Source: Candidatus Omnitrophota bacterium (GTDB lineage Bacteria; Omnitrophota; Gorgyraeia; Gygaellales; Profunditerraquicolaceae). Taken from it: a stretch of 35,767 nt of DNA. The stretch lies in contig JAQUOO010000001.1 in assembly GCA_028717055.1 (NCBI GenBank), positions 1-35,767 on the forward strand, in the 5' to 3' direction. How positions within the stretch are numbered: position 1 is the first letter of the stretch; each line of letters opens with the position of its first letter. Below the pieces are notes generated by a model. It was given only the letters and a program-made list of their open reading frames with translations. It did not search any database and was not told the DNA's origin. Shown here one piece after another: positions 18,399 through 27,766 of this stretch. Both the position numbers and the translations under genes were made by a program.

Positions 18399-21077
18399 AT
18401 GAGTGAAGCCGAAGCAAGGCAGGTTATTGATGGGTTATTAAGAGAAGCAGGTTGGATTATTCAAGATGTCCGTAAGATTAATCTTTCTGCGGGCAAGGGA
18501 GTCGCTATCCGCGAATTTCCCACCAAATCCGGCCCGGCCGATTACCTGCTTTTTGTCGACCGCAAAGCCATCGGCACCGTGGAAGCCAAAGCCGAAGGCA
18601 CCACGCTTTTAGGCGTGGCCGAGCAAACCGCCCGCTACAACGCTTCCATCCCGGAGAACCTGCCGCACGTTGACGATGTTCTTCCTTTTGCCTATGAATC
18701 CACCGGCATTGAAACCTTTTTCCGCAGCCAGCGCGATCCCGATCCCCGTTCCCGCCGCGTCTTTGCCTTCCATACCCCGGAAACCTTGGCCGCCTGGATC
18801 GACGAGCCGGAAACTCTGCGCCAACGCCTGCGCGAACTGCCGCCTTTAGAATCCTATAATCTGCGCCAGTGCCAGATTGAAGCCATTAACCATCTGGAAG
18901 TTTCCCTGCATGACAACCGCCCCCGCGCGCTCCTGCAAATGGCCACCGGCAGCGGCAAAACTTACACCGCCATCAGTGAGATCTATCGGCTGATTAAATT
19001 CGCCCAAGCCAAACGCGTGCTTTTCCTGGTTGACCGCTGTTCTCTCGGCCGCCAGGTCAAAAAAGAATTCCAGAACTACATCCCTTTTGACGACAACCGC
19101 GCTTTTACCGATCTCTATATCGTCCAGCACATGACCACCAACGTCTTTGACCAGGACGCCAAAGTCTGCATCACCACCATCCAGCGCCTTTTCTCCATGC
19201 TCAAAGGCGATCAGGATCTGGACGCCAGCCTCGAAGAACGCTCGCTCTATGAATCCACTTCTCCCGACATCGACCCCCAGGCCGTCAAATTCCGGGGCAA
19301 AATCCCCATTGAAACCTTTGATTTCATCATCGTTGACGAATGCCACCGCTCCATCTATAACCTCTGGCGCCAGGTTCTGGAATACTTTGATTCCTTTATC
19401 ATCGGCCTTACCGCCACTCCTTCAAACCAGACCATCGGCTTCTTTAATAAGAACCTGGTTATGGAATACGACCACAACCGGGCAGTGGCGGATAAAGTCA
19501 ACGTCGGCTTTGACGTTTACCGCATCCGCACCCAGACCACGGAAGAGGGCGGTAAAATTCCCTCCGGATTTTACGTGGACAAACGCGACAAACAAACCCG
19601 CCAGGTGCGCTGGGAAAAACTGGATCAAGACCTGGATTACACCCCGGACCAGCTTGACCGCAGCATCGTGGTCAAAGACCAGATCCGCACGGTCATCCGC
19701 GAGTTTAAGGAAAAACTTTTTACGGAAATTTTCCCCGGCCGCAGCGAAGTCCCCAAAACCCTGATTTTTGCCAAAGACGACAGCCACGCCGAGGACATTA
19801 CCGGGATTGTGCGCGAAGAATTCGGCAAAGGCAATGATTTCTGCAAGAAAATCACCTACCGCACCCAGGAAAATACCGATGACCTGATCGCCGCCTTCCG
19901 CAACAGCTACAATCCCCGGATTGCCGTAACCGTGGACATGATTTCCACCGGCACGGATATCAAGCCCCTGGAATGTATCTTATTCATGCGGGACGTCAAA
20001 TCCGCGGTCTATTTCGAGCAGATGAAAGGCCGCGGCACCCGGGTGATTGATTCCGACGACTTGCTGACCGTAACTCCCGACGCCAAAGCCAAGACGCATT
20101 TTGTTATTGTCGACGCCGTCGGCGTCTGCGAAAGCGAGAAGAGCCAGACCACCACCCTTGACCGTCAGAAAAGCGTGCCTACGCCCAAGCTTCTGAACAA
20201 TGTCGCCATCGGCATCCGGGATAACGATACCCTGTCCAGCTTGGCGGCGCGTTTATCCCGTTTAAACCTGGAATTAGAAGAAAGAGACATCCAGCGGATC
20301 AAAGAAGTATCCGGCGGCAAGACTTTAACCAATATCGTCAACGATTTGATGTCCGTGCTCGACCCGGATATTGCCCTGGATCGGGAAAAAGCCTGCGCTC
20401 CGTTTGATCAACCGGATTTTCGTGATTTGCTTACCGCTTTACAAACCAAGTCCGAGCAAACCATTGACACCACCACCGTGGATACAGTTATCCAATCCGG
20501 ATTTGACCAGCAAGCCCGGGAAAAAGCCTCATCCCTGGTTAAGAAATTCGAGCAGTTTATCGCCGAAAACAAAGATAAAATCACCGCTTTGCAGATTATC
20601 TACAATCTGCCTTACAAAAAACGCCACATCACCTATGAAGAGATCCGCGACTTAGCCGAGAAGATCGAAATGCCGCCTTACGGTTTTACCACCGATGCCC
20701 TCTGGCAGGCCTATCAGCAATTAGAAAAATCCAAAGTCCGCCCGGCTTCGATTCAGAAACAATTAACCGACATTATCTCGTTGGTTCGTTTTGCCACCCA
20801 CAAAGAAGAAGTCCTGGAGCCGTTCAAAGAACACGTCGAGCACCATTTCCAGGAATGGCTGAAAAACCAGCAAACTCTGGGTAAAACCTTTACCGCAAGG
20901 CAAATCCAATGGCTGACCATGATCTGCGACCACATCGCCGGTTCCGGCAGCCTGGCCAAACAAGATTTTCTTCTGCCGCCCTTTAGCGGCAGCGGCGGGA
21001 TTATTAAAGCGCAGGAAGTATTTGGGGATGAGTTGGATGAGGTAATTGAGGAGTTGAATACGGAGTTGGTGGGGTAA
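18399..21077 (+). CDS. hsdR: Type I restriction enzyme R subunit (nuclease, SF2 helicase and EcoEI_R_C-like tail)
   Basis: N-terminal PD-(D/E)xK region (ADYLLFVD...GTVEAKAEG). Helicase motif I QMATGSGKT and motif II IIVDECHR. C-terminal QIQWLTMICDHIAGSG...GGIIKAQEVFG. Confidence 0.9.
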   Translation: MSEAEARQVIDGLLREAGWIIQDVRKINLSAGKGVAIREFPTKSGPADYLLFVDRKAIGTVEAKAEGTTLLGVAEQTARYNASIPENLPHVDDVLPFAYESTGIETFFRSQRDPDPRSRRVFAFHTPETLAAWIDEPETLRQRLRELPPLESYNLRQCQIEAINHLEVSLHDNRPRALLQMATGSGKTYTAISEIYRLIKFAQAKRVLFLVDRCSLGRQVKKEFQNYIPFDDNRAFTDLYIVQHMTTNVFDQDAKVCITTIQRLFSMLKGDQDLDASLEERSLYESTSPDIDPQAVKFRGKIPIETFDFIIVDECHRSIYNLWRQVLEYFDSFIIGLTATPSNQTIGFFNKNLVMEYDHNRAVADKVNVGFDVYRIRTQTTEEGGKIPSGFYVDKRDKQTRQVRWEKLDQDLDYTPDQLDRSIVVKDQIRTVIREFKEKLFTEIFPGRSEVPKTLIFAKDDSHAEDITGIVREEFGKGNDFCKKITYRTQENTDDLIAAFRNSYNPRIAVTVDMISTGTDIKPLECILFMRDVKSAVYFEQMKGRGTRVIDSDDLLTVTPDAKAKTHFVIVDAVGVCESEKSQTTTLDRQKSVPTPKLLNNVAIGIRDNDTLSSLAARLSRLNLELEERDIQRIKEVSGGKTLTNIVNDLMSVLDPDIALDREKACAPFDQPDFRDLLTALQTKSEQTIDTTTVDTVIQSGFDQQAREKASSLVKKFEQFIAENKDKITALQIIYNLPYKKRHITYEEIRDLAEKIEMPPYGFTTDALWQAYQQLEKSKVRPASIQKQLTDIISLVRFATHKEEVLEPFKEHVEHHFQEWLKNQQTLGKTFTARQIQWLTMICDHIAGSGSLAKQDFLLPPFSGSGGIIKAQEVFGDELDEVIEELNTELVG

Positions 21078-21136
21078 AAGTTAGAAAACATCTATGGGTA
21101 TAAGATGTTTAAGGAAAGTAGTTTCTTAACATAAAA

Positions 21137-23998
21137 ATGATAGAAAATTTACTTGATCATTTTAGAAAAATTTGGGGCAAACGGCAGCTAGTTTTATACA
21201 TTATTTTTTGTTTGATTGTTTTGGTAGCTCTTTGGGTAATTCTGTTAGATGTTTCAATGCCAAGCGGTTTTATTGATTATTTGCTATTGGTTGCCGCGTT
21301 CATAATTTTATTACCGGTTTTCTTCTTATTTTCTAATGAGCTAAAAAAGGAAAATATTTGGCATGCTCATTCTTGGTGTTATTATGTTATTCGGTTATTA
21401 GTTTTCACCCCAATATTATATTTTATCTATAAACTTTGTAAACTGGGTTGGCATTCTATATCTGCGTATTCTATTTTTATATTTGCTGCTCCTGTTTGGT
21501 TAATTACGTTTATATTTTATAAAAATATCAGAATAGAATTTGGTGATAAATGGATTTTTGCTCCAGATTCAGTTGGTAAAAATGGCGATAAATTCAATTT
21601 TAAAAGCTCATCAGAACGTATTGCTAACAGAATCATTAACGATGATTCATCTCTAAAGGTATATCTACTTGATGGTAGCCAAGGTTACGGTAAATCATCT
21701 TATGCCAGAATGATAGTGGAATCTTTAGGAAATCCTAAGGATGTTCTTTATACCTATGTTTCTTTAACGGAAACCAATGAAGAAAACGATTTGAGTAAGC
21801 TATTTGAAGAACGCTGGGAAATAACGTTAGCAGAGAGGTATCCTAGGATTTGTTCTGGTTGTTTTGATGGTATTGCAGAAATTATTCGTATTCCAGAAAC
21901 GCGGTTTTCGTTAAAGGATTTGTTTATAATCTTTAAATATATAGATTTCCCAATTAATAAAACTAAAGTGATAGAAAACAAATCCGAATCTAGTGCTGTT
22001 AAATATTGCTCAGAAAAGAATGCAAGATTATTTAGATGCGTTTCTAAAATACATGAGAAAGTGTGGGCAATTGTTTTTGATGAAGTTGATCGCGCATTGC
22101 CACGAGAAATTTACCGATTAGTAGAAATTGTTGAGCGATTTAAATACCTAGAGGCAGGGGAATTTCCAGTTAAACTGCGGTTTTTTATTTGTGTATCTCG
22201 TGAGAGGCTTGATGGAATATTTGAGGATGTTAAAGAGACTAATGATAAGCCATTAGGCGGATTCATTAAGGACTTCTTCGATTTAAAAAATCAAGATACT
22301 ATTATTTCTCTTCCTCTTGTTTCCTTCAAGAAACGTTGGCAATTCGTAAGAGGACTACTCAAGAATATCTATAAAAATGGACATGAGCTATCTGTATATA
22401 AAAATACTATGATTTTTTCGGGTATTTCTAATACCGTTGCGAATTTACTGACTTCTGAACAATCTTTACAGGTTGCAATTAAATTATTATGCGAGGAATC
22501 TCCCAGGGTAGCAAAGAAATGTATTAATTCAGCATCTTTTTGGAATGGTGTGTTTTTTAAAAAAGGTGCGGTTGGATATATCTATATACGTTTCAGCGAT
22601 CTTGTTTTAATGGAATATATACGAACTCGATATAAATTTCTGTGGAATTTTATGGAAAAGACTATTGAGCAAATACTCCCTGAGGAAAATGAAGATAAGA
22701 AATTATTTGATATGAATGACTATAAAACTAGGCTTAGAATAGAAGAGACTACGGCTGCAGCTTTTGGTACTTCAAAGCAAACATTATCTCCCCAACAGAA
22801 ATTAGCAGGTTGGATTAGAGAATATTATCCTGGAATAGAAGAGAAACTTTTAGATAGAGCAATACAAATTTTTACCGCAGCAGCTTTTTGTTATATCCAG
22901 TATTTTGATACTTCTCCACGCGCCGTAGTAGGAAACTCTCTTGGAAACGGATGGAATCTATATAGATATCTTAGTTTAAGTGGGGACTATTATGAATTTG
23001 ATAAATTAGAAATGTGGTATTTAGAACATAAAAACAAAGAGATCGGAGGCGGAGGTGTTTTTGCAAAGGTTAAAAGTTCAAAGGATTTAATACGTTATGC
23101 TTTAAATATTTGCCAAATTAAAGATGTTCCCCCAAGAGTTTTATTAGATACGGCTAAAGAGTTATGGAGTAGGCTAAGATCAAAAAGAATTAAATTTTCC
23201 AAATATAATTATCATGATAATAGTTTTAGGGTAACCTCTATTGCTAGAATTCCCCCGTTGCTTTATTTAATACTCCGAGATGAGAAAAAACCGATTGCTG
23301 AAAGTAATGAAGCTGAAGAAGCTATTAAATTATTCATCGATATTCTTCGTTCACAAGATGTCGAAATTGAGCTTAAATTGTCTTTACTAGAATACATTAA
23401 GTCCTACGAGGTAATTGGCAGGCCTTATGGTCCGGAGATGCACATTTTATTTTATAAGAACCTATTAAATACAGAATATGGGAATGAAGTTAAAACTGCC
23501 TATAGCTATGTTTTTGATGATTTTAAAAAAAGATATTTAGACAATAAAAATAATAATATTTATGAATTAGAAGGAAATGCTTTATATGTTTTATATAATA
23601 TTTGGTCAGGAGAAAAGAATGGGCAGGAAATAAATAGAATTCACGAAATAGCTGAAAGGTTTCTTGATAAGGACAAAGAAACCATATTGAAACTTTGGAG
23701 TTGCCTAAAAGACCCTCAAGAGCTTAGCGTTGATATCAAAGATGTTATAAAACCAAATTCATTTAATATATTTCTTTTTGTTGATCTTGATAAATTAATT
23801 GAAGCGACAGATGTCGCAATTAAAAAAGGCAACCCTGCGTTTTCTGAAAAAGTTGAAAAATACAGAAGCCTTTCTTTAACAGGGAGGTTAAAGGTAGAAA
23901 CGCTTATTATACCAAAAGAAGATACACTTAGAAGTTTCATAAACAGTCTTTTAAAAAAAAGAAATCAATCGGATGATGGCTATGAGCAAAGAAATTAA
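21137..23998 (+). CDS. KAP-family P-loop NTPase with four N-terminal transmembrane helices
   Basis: Four hydrophobic helices within residues about 18-128. Walker A LLDGSQGYGKSSYARM (nt 21674-21700). Walker B VWAIVFDEVDRALPREIYRLVEIVERFKYL, matching the KAP hhhhDD/ExDR signature. The C-terminal 600 aa or so look alpha-helical and match nothing I recognise. A hand-counted sample at 21201-21300 is 34% GC. Confidence 0.65.
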   Translation: MIENLLDHFRKIWGKRQLVLYIIFCLIVLVALWVILLDVSMPSGFIDYLLLVAAFIILLPVFFLFSNELKKENIWHAHSWCYYVIRLLVFTPILYFIYKLCKLGWHSISAYSIFIFAAPVWLITFIFYKNIRIEFGDKWIFAPDSVGKNGDKFNFKSSSERIANRIINDDSSLKVYLLDGSQGYGKSSYARMIVESLGNPKDVLYTYVSLTETNEENDLSKLFEERWEITLAERYPRICSGCFDGIAEIIRIPETRFSLKDLFIIFKYIDFPINKTKVIENKSESSAVKYCSEKNARLFRCVSKIHEKVWAIVFDEVDRALPREIYRLVEIVERFKYLEAGEFPVKLRFFICVSRERLDGIFEDVKETNDKPLGGFIKDFFDLKNQDTIISLPLVSFKKRWQFVRGLLKNIYKNGHELSVYKNTMIFSGISNTVANLLTSEQSLQVAIKLLCEESPRVAKKCINSASFWNGVFFKKGAVGYIYIRFSDLVLMEYIRTRYKFLWNFMEKTIEQILPEENEDKKLFDMNDYKTRLRIEETTAAAFGTSKQTLSPQQKLAGWIREYYPGIEEKLLDRAIQIFTAAAFCYIQYFDTSPRAVVGNSLGNGWNLYRYLSLSGDYYEFDKLEMWYLEHKNKEIGGGGVFAKVKSSKDLIRYALNICQIKDVPPRVLLDTAKELWSRLRSKRIKFSKYNYHDNSFRVTSIARIPPLLYLILRDEKKPIAESNEAEEAIKLFIDILRSQDVEIELKLSLLEYIKSYEVIGRPYGPEMHILFYKNLLNTEYGNEVKTAYSYVFDDFKKRYLDNKNNNIYELEGNALYVLYNIWSGEKNGQEINRIHEIAERFLDKDKETILKLWSCLKDPQELSVDIKDVIKPNSFNIFLFVDLDKLIEATDVAIKKGNPAFSEKVEKYRSLSLTGRLKVETLIIPKEDTLRSFINSLLKKRNQSDDGYEQRN

Positions 23999-24665
23999 TA
24001 TAGTTATTTTATGGAATATTTTTTGTAATGCCTTACCACAGGTTATATCTTTTTTAGCGGGGTTTTTCACCGCCATATTTGCCCAGCCAATCAGGGAAAT
24101 GTTATTTAAACCTTGTTTGGAATTAAGTTTTAACAACACTAATGATTTTATATCTTTGACTCCAGAAAGTGGGCGCATGGAAGGTAAGCCAGCGCAATTT
24201 AAAGCTTATTATATAAGAGTAAAAGTAACTAATAATAAAAATATAACAGCCCAAAATTGTAAGGCTTATTTAGTTAATATAGAGAAACTAAATACTGAGA
24301 GCATTTTTAAATCAACCATTTATTGTGATAGTATACCTTTAGCATGGTCTTGTCAGAATATCGGAGAACAGTATGAAGGAATTAATATTAATAAAGGTGT
24401 AAATCAATTTGTAGATATTGTTACCACCAGGCATCTTGTTACTGAGGGGGATATATTTTATCCCAAAATGCAACAGCCAGATAATTCTGATATTCTATAT
24501 CCACAGATTAAATTATTGCCATTTAGGTATGAAAGTATATTTAAAGAGAAAGGAACTTTTCGTTTTACTATTCAAGTAACTTCCGCGAATGCCGATCCGC
24601 GTAATATTAGAATTGTATTGGTTTGGAATGGTAAGTGGGATAAGTTTGATGTATTACAAGGTTAG
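23973..24665 (+). CDS. membrane-anchored hypothetical protein (single N-terminal TM, beta-rich body)
   Basis: Candidate ATGs at 23973, 23976 and 23982 all overlap the end of the KAP gene (stop at 23996-23998), which suggests translational coupling. TM segment VILWNIFCNALPQVISFLAGFFTAIFA. No recognisable motif. Confidence 0.5.
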   Translation: MMAMSKEINIVILWNIFCNALPQVISFLAGFFTAIFAQPIREMLFKPCLELSFNNTNDFISLTPESGRMEGKPAQFKAYYIRVKVTNNKNITAQNCKAYLVNIEKLNTESIFKSTIYCDSIPLAWSCQNIGEQYEGININKGVNQFVDIVTTRHLVTEGDIFYPKMQQPDNSDILYPQIKLLPFRYESIFKEKGTFRFTIQVTSANADPRNIRIVLVWNGKWDKFDVLQG

Positions 24666-24763
24666 GCAACGCAATCCATGACGATAAAAGCTATTTAAAA
24701 AGAAATTAGTATTGAATCCGTTATATGTTGAAAGTCGTTTGGCATTATTGAAAAGGGATAGAG

Positions 24764-25882
24764 ATGCACAAGAAGTGTACTCTTTGCGGTAGTGAGATAA
24801 TAAAAGAGAATGATTCTGAAGAGCATGTCATTCCACAGGCAATAGGTGGACGTTTAACGGTAAAAGGTTTTATCTGTAAAGGATGTAATGGTAAGAGTGG
24901 ACAAGAGTGGGATGCAGTTTTAGCTAAGCAGTTAAATCCCTTGTCATTGTTTTTCGGTATAAAGCGTGAACGTGGGCAAGCCCCTTCTCAAAAGTTCCCA
25001 ACATCTACTGGTGGAGAATTTGAACATCATACTGATGGCAGTCTTTCTTTAGTGAAACCGGAATTCCATGTTAGGAAAGTTGATGGTAAAACGGAGATAA
25101 AGATTGTTGCGCGTTCAGATAAAGAATTAAACCGATTATTAAAAGGGCTGAAAAAGAAATATCCTCAAGTTAATATTGGAGATTTAAAAGCTAAAGCAAC
25201 TCATGAAACAATCCATCCTGATGGGTTCTTCCACTATAAGCTGAATGCTGGCGGTGAGAAGGCTGGTAGATCTCTTGTTAAAACAGCAATTGCTTTTGCG
25301 TATAGCATGGGTATTCCAATATCTCATTATGCAGATGCTTTAAGATATTTGAAAGAAAATAAATGCAACCCGCCGTTCGGTTATTATTCACAAGATGTAT
25401 TAATTAAACGTCCTATTGGTATTCCATTGCATTGCGTTGCGATTATCGGTGATCCGGAAGTGAAGCTTCTTTTATGTTATATAGAATATTTTTGCTTTGA
25501 GAGAGTAGTTATTTGTTTATCTGAACAATATGAAGGAGAAAAAATATCTAAACTTCACGCTTTAGATCCCGTATCTGGGGAGAGCATAGATATTGGTATT
25601 GATTTCCCTATTAAAGATTTAAAGGTTAAAGACTTATATGAGTATAAACTTTTTTCTCCACAAATGGTAGAGGAAGCTTTAGGTAATGTTATCGGCCCGC
25701 GCTTGAAAATAAAGCAAGATCAGGAGAGGAATGAAGTGATCGATAGGGCTATAAATACAGCTATTAAAAATAGCGGTTGTAAACCAGGAGAACCTTTTAC
25801 GGCGGAGCATATTAAGAAGATGGCCGATAATATTGCAGCGCAGATGCTGCCGTATATTATTCATATAAGAACGCGAAAATAA
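24764..25882 (+). CDS. HNH endonuclease domain protein with about 300-aa uncharacterised C-terminal region
   Basis: N-terminal CTLCGSEI...SEEHVIPQAIGGR...FICKGCNGKSG (nt 24776-24889) gives CxxC ... EH ... CxxCN, an HNH beta-beta-alpha-Me finger. Its stop at 25880-25882 is 1 nt before the hsdS ATG. Confidence 0.7.
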   Translation: MHKKCTLCGSEIIKENDSEEHVIPQAIGGRLTVKGFICKGCNGKSGQEWDAVLAKQLNPLSLFFGIKRERGQAPSQKFPTSTGGEFEHHTDGSLSLVKPEFHVRKVDGKTEIKIVARSDKELNRLLKGLKKKYPQVNIGDLKAKATHETIHPDGFFHYKLNAGGEKAGRSLVKTAIAFAYSMGIPISHYADALRYLKENKCNPPFGYYSQDVLIKRPIGIPLHCVAIIGDPEVKLLLCYIEYFCFERVVICLSEQYEGEKISKLHALDPVSGESIDIGIDFPIKDLKVKDLYEYKLFSPQMVEEALGNVIGPRLKIKQDQERNEVIDRAINTAIKNSGCKPGEPFTAEHIKKMADNIAAQMLPYIIHIRTRK

Positions 25883-25883
25883 G

Positions 25884-27143
25884 ATGACCGATTGCGTTAA
25901 ACTTAATGAAATAGGGACGATTTATTCTGGGGGAACACCTAGAACGAGTGTCACTAAATATTGGGATGGTAATATTGTTTGGGTGACTCCGAAAGATCTT
26001 AGTGAGGTAACATCTGTCTCTATAATAGATTCAACTCGGAAACTCACTAAATTGGGATTAAAAGAATCTTCTGCACAATTAATCCCCGCAGGTTCCGTGG
26101 TTCTTTCAAGTCGTGCCCCTATAGGATACGTTGCAATTGTTGATGTTGATTTTGCTACTAATCAGGGATGTAAATCAATAAAACCAGTAGCGTCCATCTA
26201 CAATAGATATGTTTATTACTATTTAAAATCGCAGACAAAAGAATTAAATCAACGTGGAAGCGGCACAACTTTTCTTGAACTATCAAAAGCTGCATTCTCA
26301 AATTTTGAGATTCCTATTTGTCCTCTTTTAGAACAAAAACGTATTGTCGCCAAGATTGAAAGTTTGTTTTCGCGGCTGGATAGCGCCAAGGATTCGCTGG
26401 AGCGTGTGCGCCAGGAGATCAAGCGCTATCGCCAGTCAGTGCTTAAATCGGCGTTTGAGGGGAAGTTAACGGGAAGCGTTAAATTTGAAATAAAGAAAAT
26501 ATGTGATGTAGGAGAAGTTATTACTGGTAATACCCCAAGTAAGAGAAGAAAAGATTATTATGGCGGTGATGTAAATTTCTTTAAGCCGACAGACCTTAAT
26601 GCTGGGATATTGATGTATGGCTCGCGAGAGAAATTGTCTAAGTTAGGTCTAGAAGAGGGGAGATTTGCCAAGGCTGGCTCAGTTTTGGTGACATGTATTG
26701 GTGCAACTATAGGGAAAACAGCTTTTATGAATGAAGACGGAGCCTTTAATCAGCAGATAAACGCTGTGATTCCACAGAAAGAGATAAGCGGAAAGTATCT
26801 TTATTATTTCTTTATTTCAAAAGGTTTTCAGGACGCGTTGATTGAAGGAGCGTCCTCAACAACTATGCCAATCATTAACAAAACAAGATTTGAAAATCTT
26901 ATTGTTTCTATTTGTGATCTTAAGCAACAGATTAAGATAGTGGAATCTATTGAGTCTCGTTTTGAACGGTCTAAGACATTGGAAGAAGCGGTCGAGCAAG
27001 GCATAACGAAAATTGAGCAACTAAAACAGAGTATCTTAAAGAAAGCCTTCGAAGGCAAGCTGGTTGAACCCGATCCAAATGATGAACCGGTGGAGCTATT
27101 ACTAGAGAGAATACAGAAAGAAAAGAATAAAATAAATTTTTAA
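25884..27143 (+). CDS. hsdS: Type I restriction-modification specificity subunit
   Basis: Two target-recognition halves, each followed by the conserved helical repeat: LLEQKRIVAKIESLFSRLD...RQSVLKSAFEGKL and DLKQQIKIVESIESRFE...KQSILKKAFEGKLV. Confidence 0.9.
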   Translation: MTDCVKLNEIGTIYSGGTPRTSVTKYWDGNIVWVTPKDLSEVTSVSIIDSTRKLTKLGLKESSAQLIPAGSVVLSSRAPIGYVAIVDVDFATNQGCKSIKPVASIYNRYVYYYLKSQTKELNQRGSGTTFLELSKAAFSNFEIPICPLLEQKRIVAKIESLFSRLDSAKDSLERVRQEIKRYRQSVLKSAFEGKLTGSVKFEIKKICDVGEVITGNTPSKRRKDYYGGDVNFFKPTDLNAGILMYGSREKLSKLGLEEGRFAKAGSVLVTCIGATIGKTAFMNEDGAFNQQINAVIPQKEISGKYLYYFFISKGFQDALIEGASSTTMPIINKTRFENLIVSICDLKQQIKIVESIESRFERSKTLEEAVEQGITKIEQLKQSILKKAFEGKLVEPDPNDEPVELLLERIQKEKNKINF

Positions 27144-27147
27144 TATT

Positions 27148-27576
27148 ATGGTTTCAGAGGAATACGAAAAAATTAATATCGCAGTTTCTTTGCTGGAAAC
27201 AGCTTGTAAATTATACAAAAAAGATGACTTTTTTGCTGTAATTAATCTCGCTGGAGCGAGTGAAGAGATCCTGGGTAAATATCTTAAGGCGAGAGGTAAA
27301 AAGAATGCATTAGAGTCGGATCGAGAAGCGCTTGTAGCAATAAATAAATATTTTGGGAAAGATTTAACCAATGAGAAAGCCACAATAATTTTAAATTATG
27401 TAAAGAATGCACTTAAACATTATAATGGGATAGACGATAGTGATAAGTTCATTTTAATGGATGCCCAAAGTGATTCTTCGTATTTACTTGTTAGAGCCTT
27501 AACTAATCTCTGGAGACTAGAGATGGAGTTAACTCCCATAATGAATGAAGTGTGGGAGATGATTGAGAAACGATAA
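27148..27576 (+). CDS. small alpha-helical protein, HEPN-like (non-canonical KNALKH in place of R-x4-H)
   Basis: 142 aa, starting 4 nt after the hsdS stop. AVINLAGASEEILGKYLKARG resembles the HEPN a-x-E-x-x-L-K helix. NYVKNALKH is at nt 27403-27420. This is a weak, motif-level call only. Confidence 0.35.
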   Translation: MVSEEYEKINIAVSLLETACKLYKKDDFFAVINLAGASEEILGKYLKARGKKNALESDREALVAINKYFGKDLTNEKATIILNYVKNALKHYNGIDDSDKFILMDAQSDSSYLLVRALTNLWRLEMELTPIMNEVWEMIEKR

Positions 27577-27602
27577 CGCTAGAGTGAGTAATGAGTAGTT
27601 CT

Positions 27603-27680
27603 ATGAGCGAGAATGAAATAGTCCAAAAGGTATGGAATTATTGCGATGTGCTGCGGGATGACGGGGCAGAAGAAATATAA
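27603..27680 (+). pseudogene. relic copy 1 of the hsdM 5' end (first 21 codons, then divergence and a stop)
   Basis: MSENEIVQKVWNYCDVLRDDG is identical in protein to the live hsdM N-terminus at 30400. There are 5 nt differences in 63 nt, all at synonymous third positions. Similarity ends at codon 22 and a TAA follows at 27678-27680. Confidence 0.85.
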
Positions 27681-27732
27681 ACGTATTTTAGATTGAAACC
27701 TATTTAATTATAAGTAGTTATGGCAAGAAATT

Positions 27733-27760
27733 ATTTATGTAAACTATAGTTTACATAAAT
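27733..27760. repeat. perfect 28-bp palindrome
   Basis: ATTTATGTAAACTA|TAGTTTACATAAAT, with exact 14+14 dyad symmetry. It ends 6 nt before the ATG at 27767. Confidence 0.9.
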
Positions 27761-27766
27761 TTCATT

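Noticed and set aside
18609-21091. Several long alternate-frame and antisense ORFs inside hsdR, for example 18846-19346 (-), 19147-19764 (+), 19422-19787 (-) and 20753-21091 (-).
   Set aside because: They lie entirely within the well-supported, GC-rich hsdR frame. Their products are low-complexity (rich in Ala, Pro, Ser and Arg) with no motifs. Long spurious ORFs are expected in GC-rich coding DNA.
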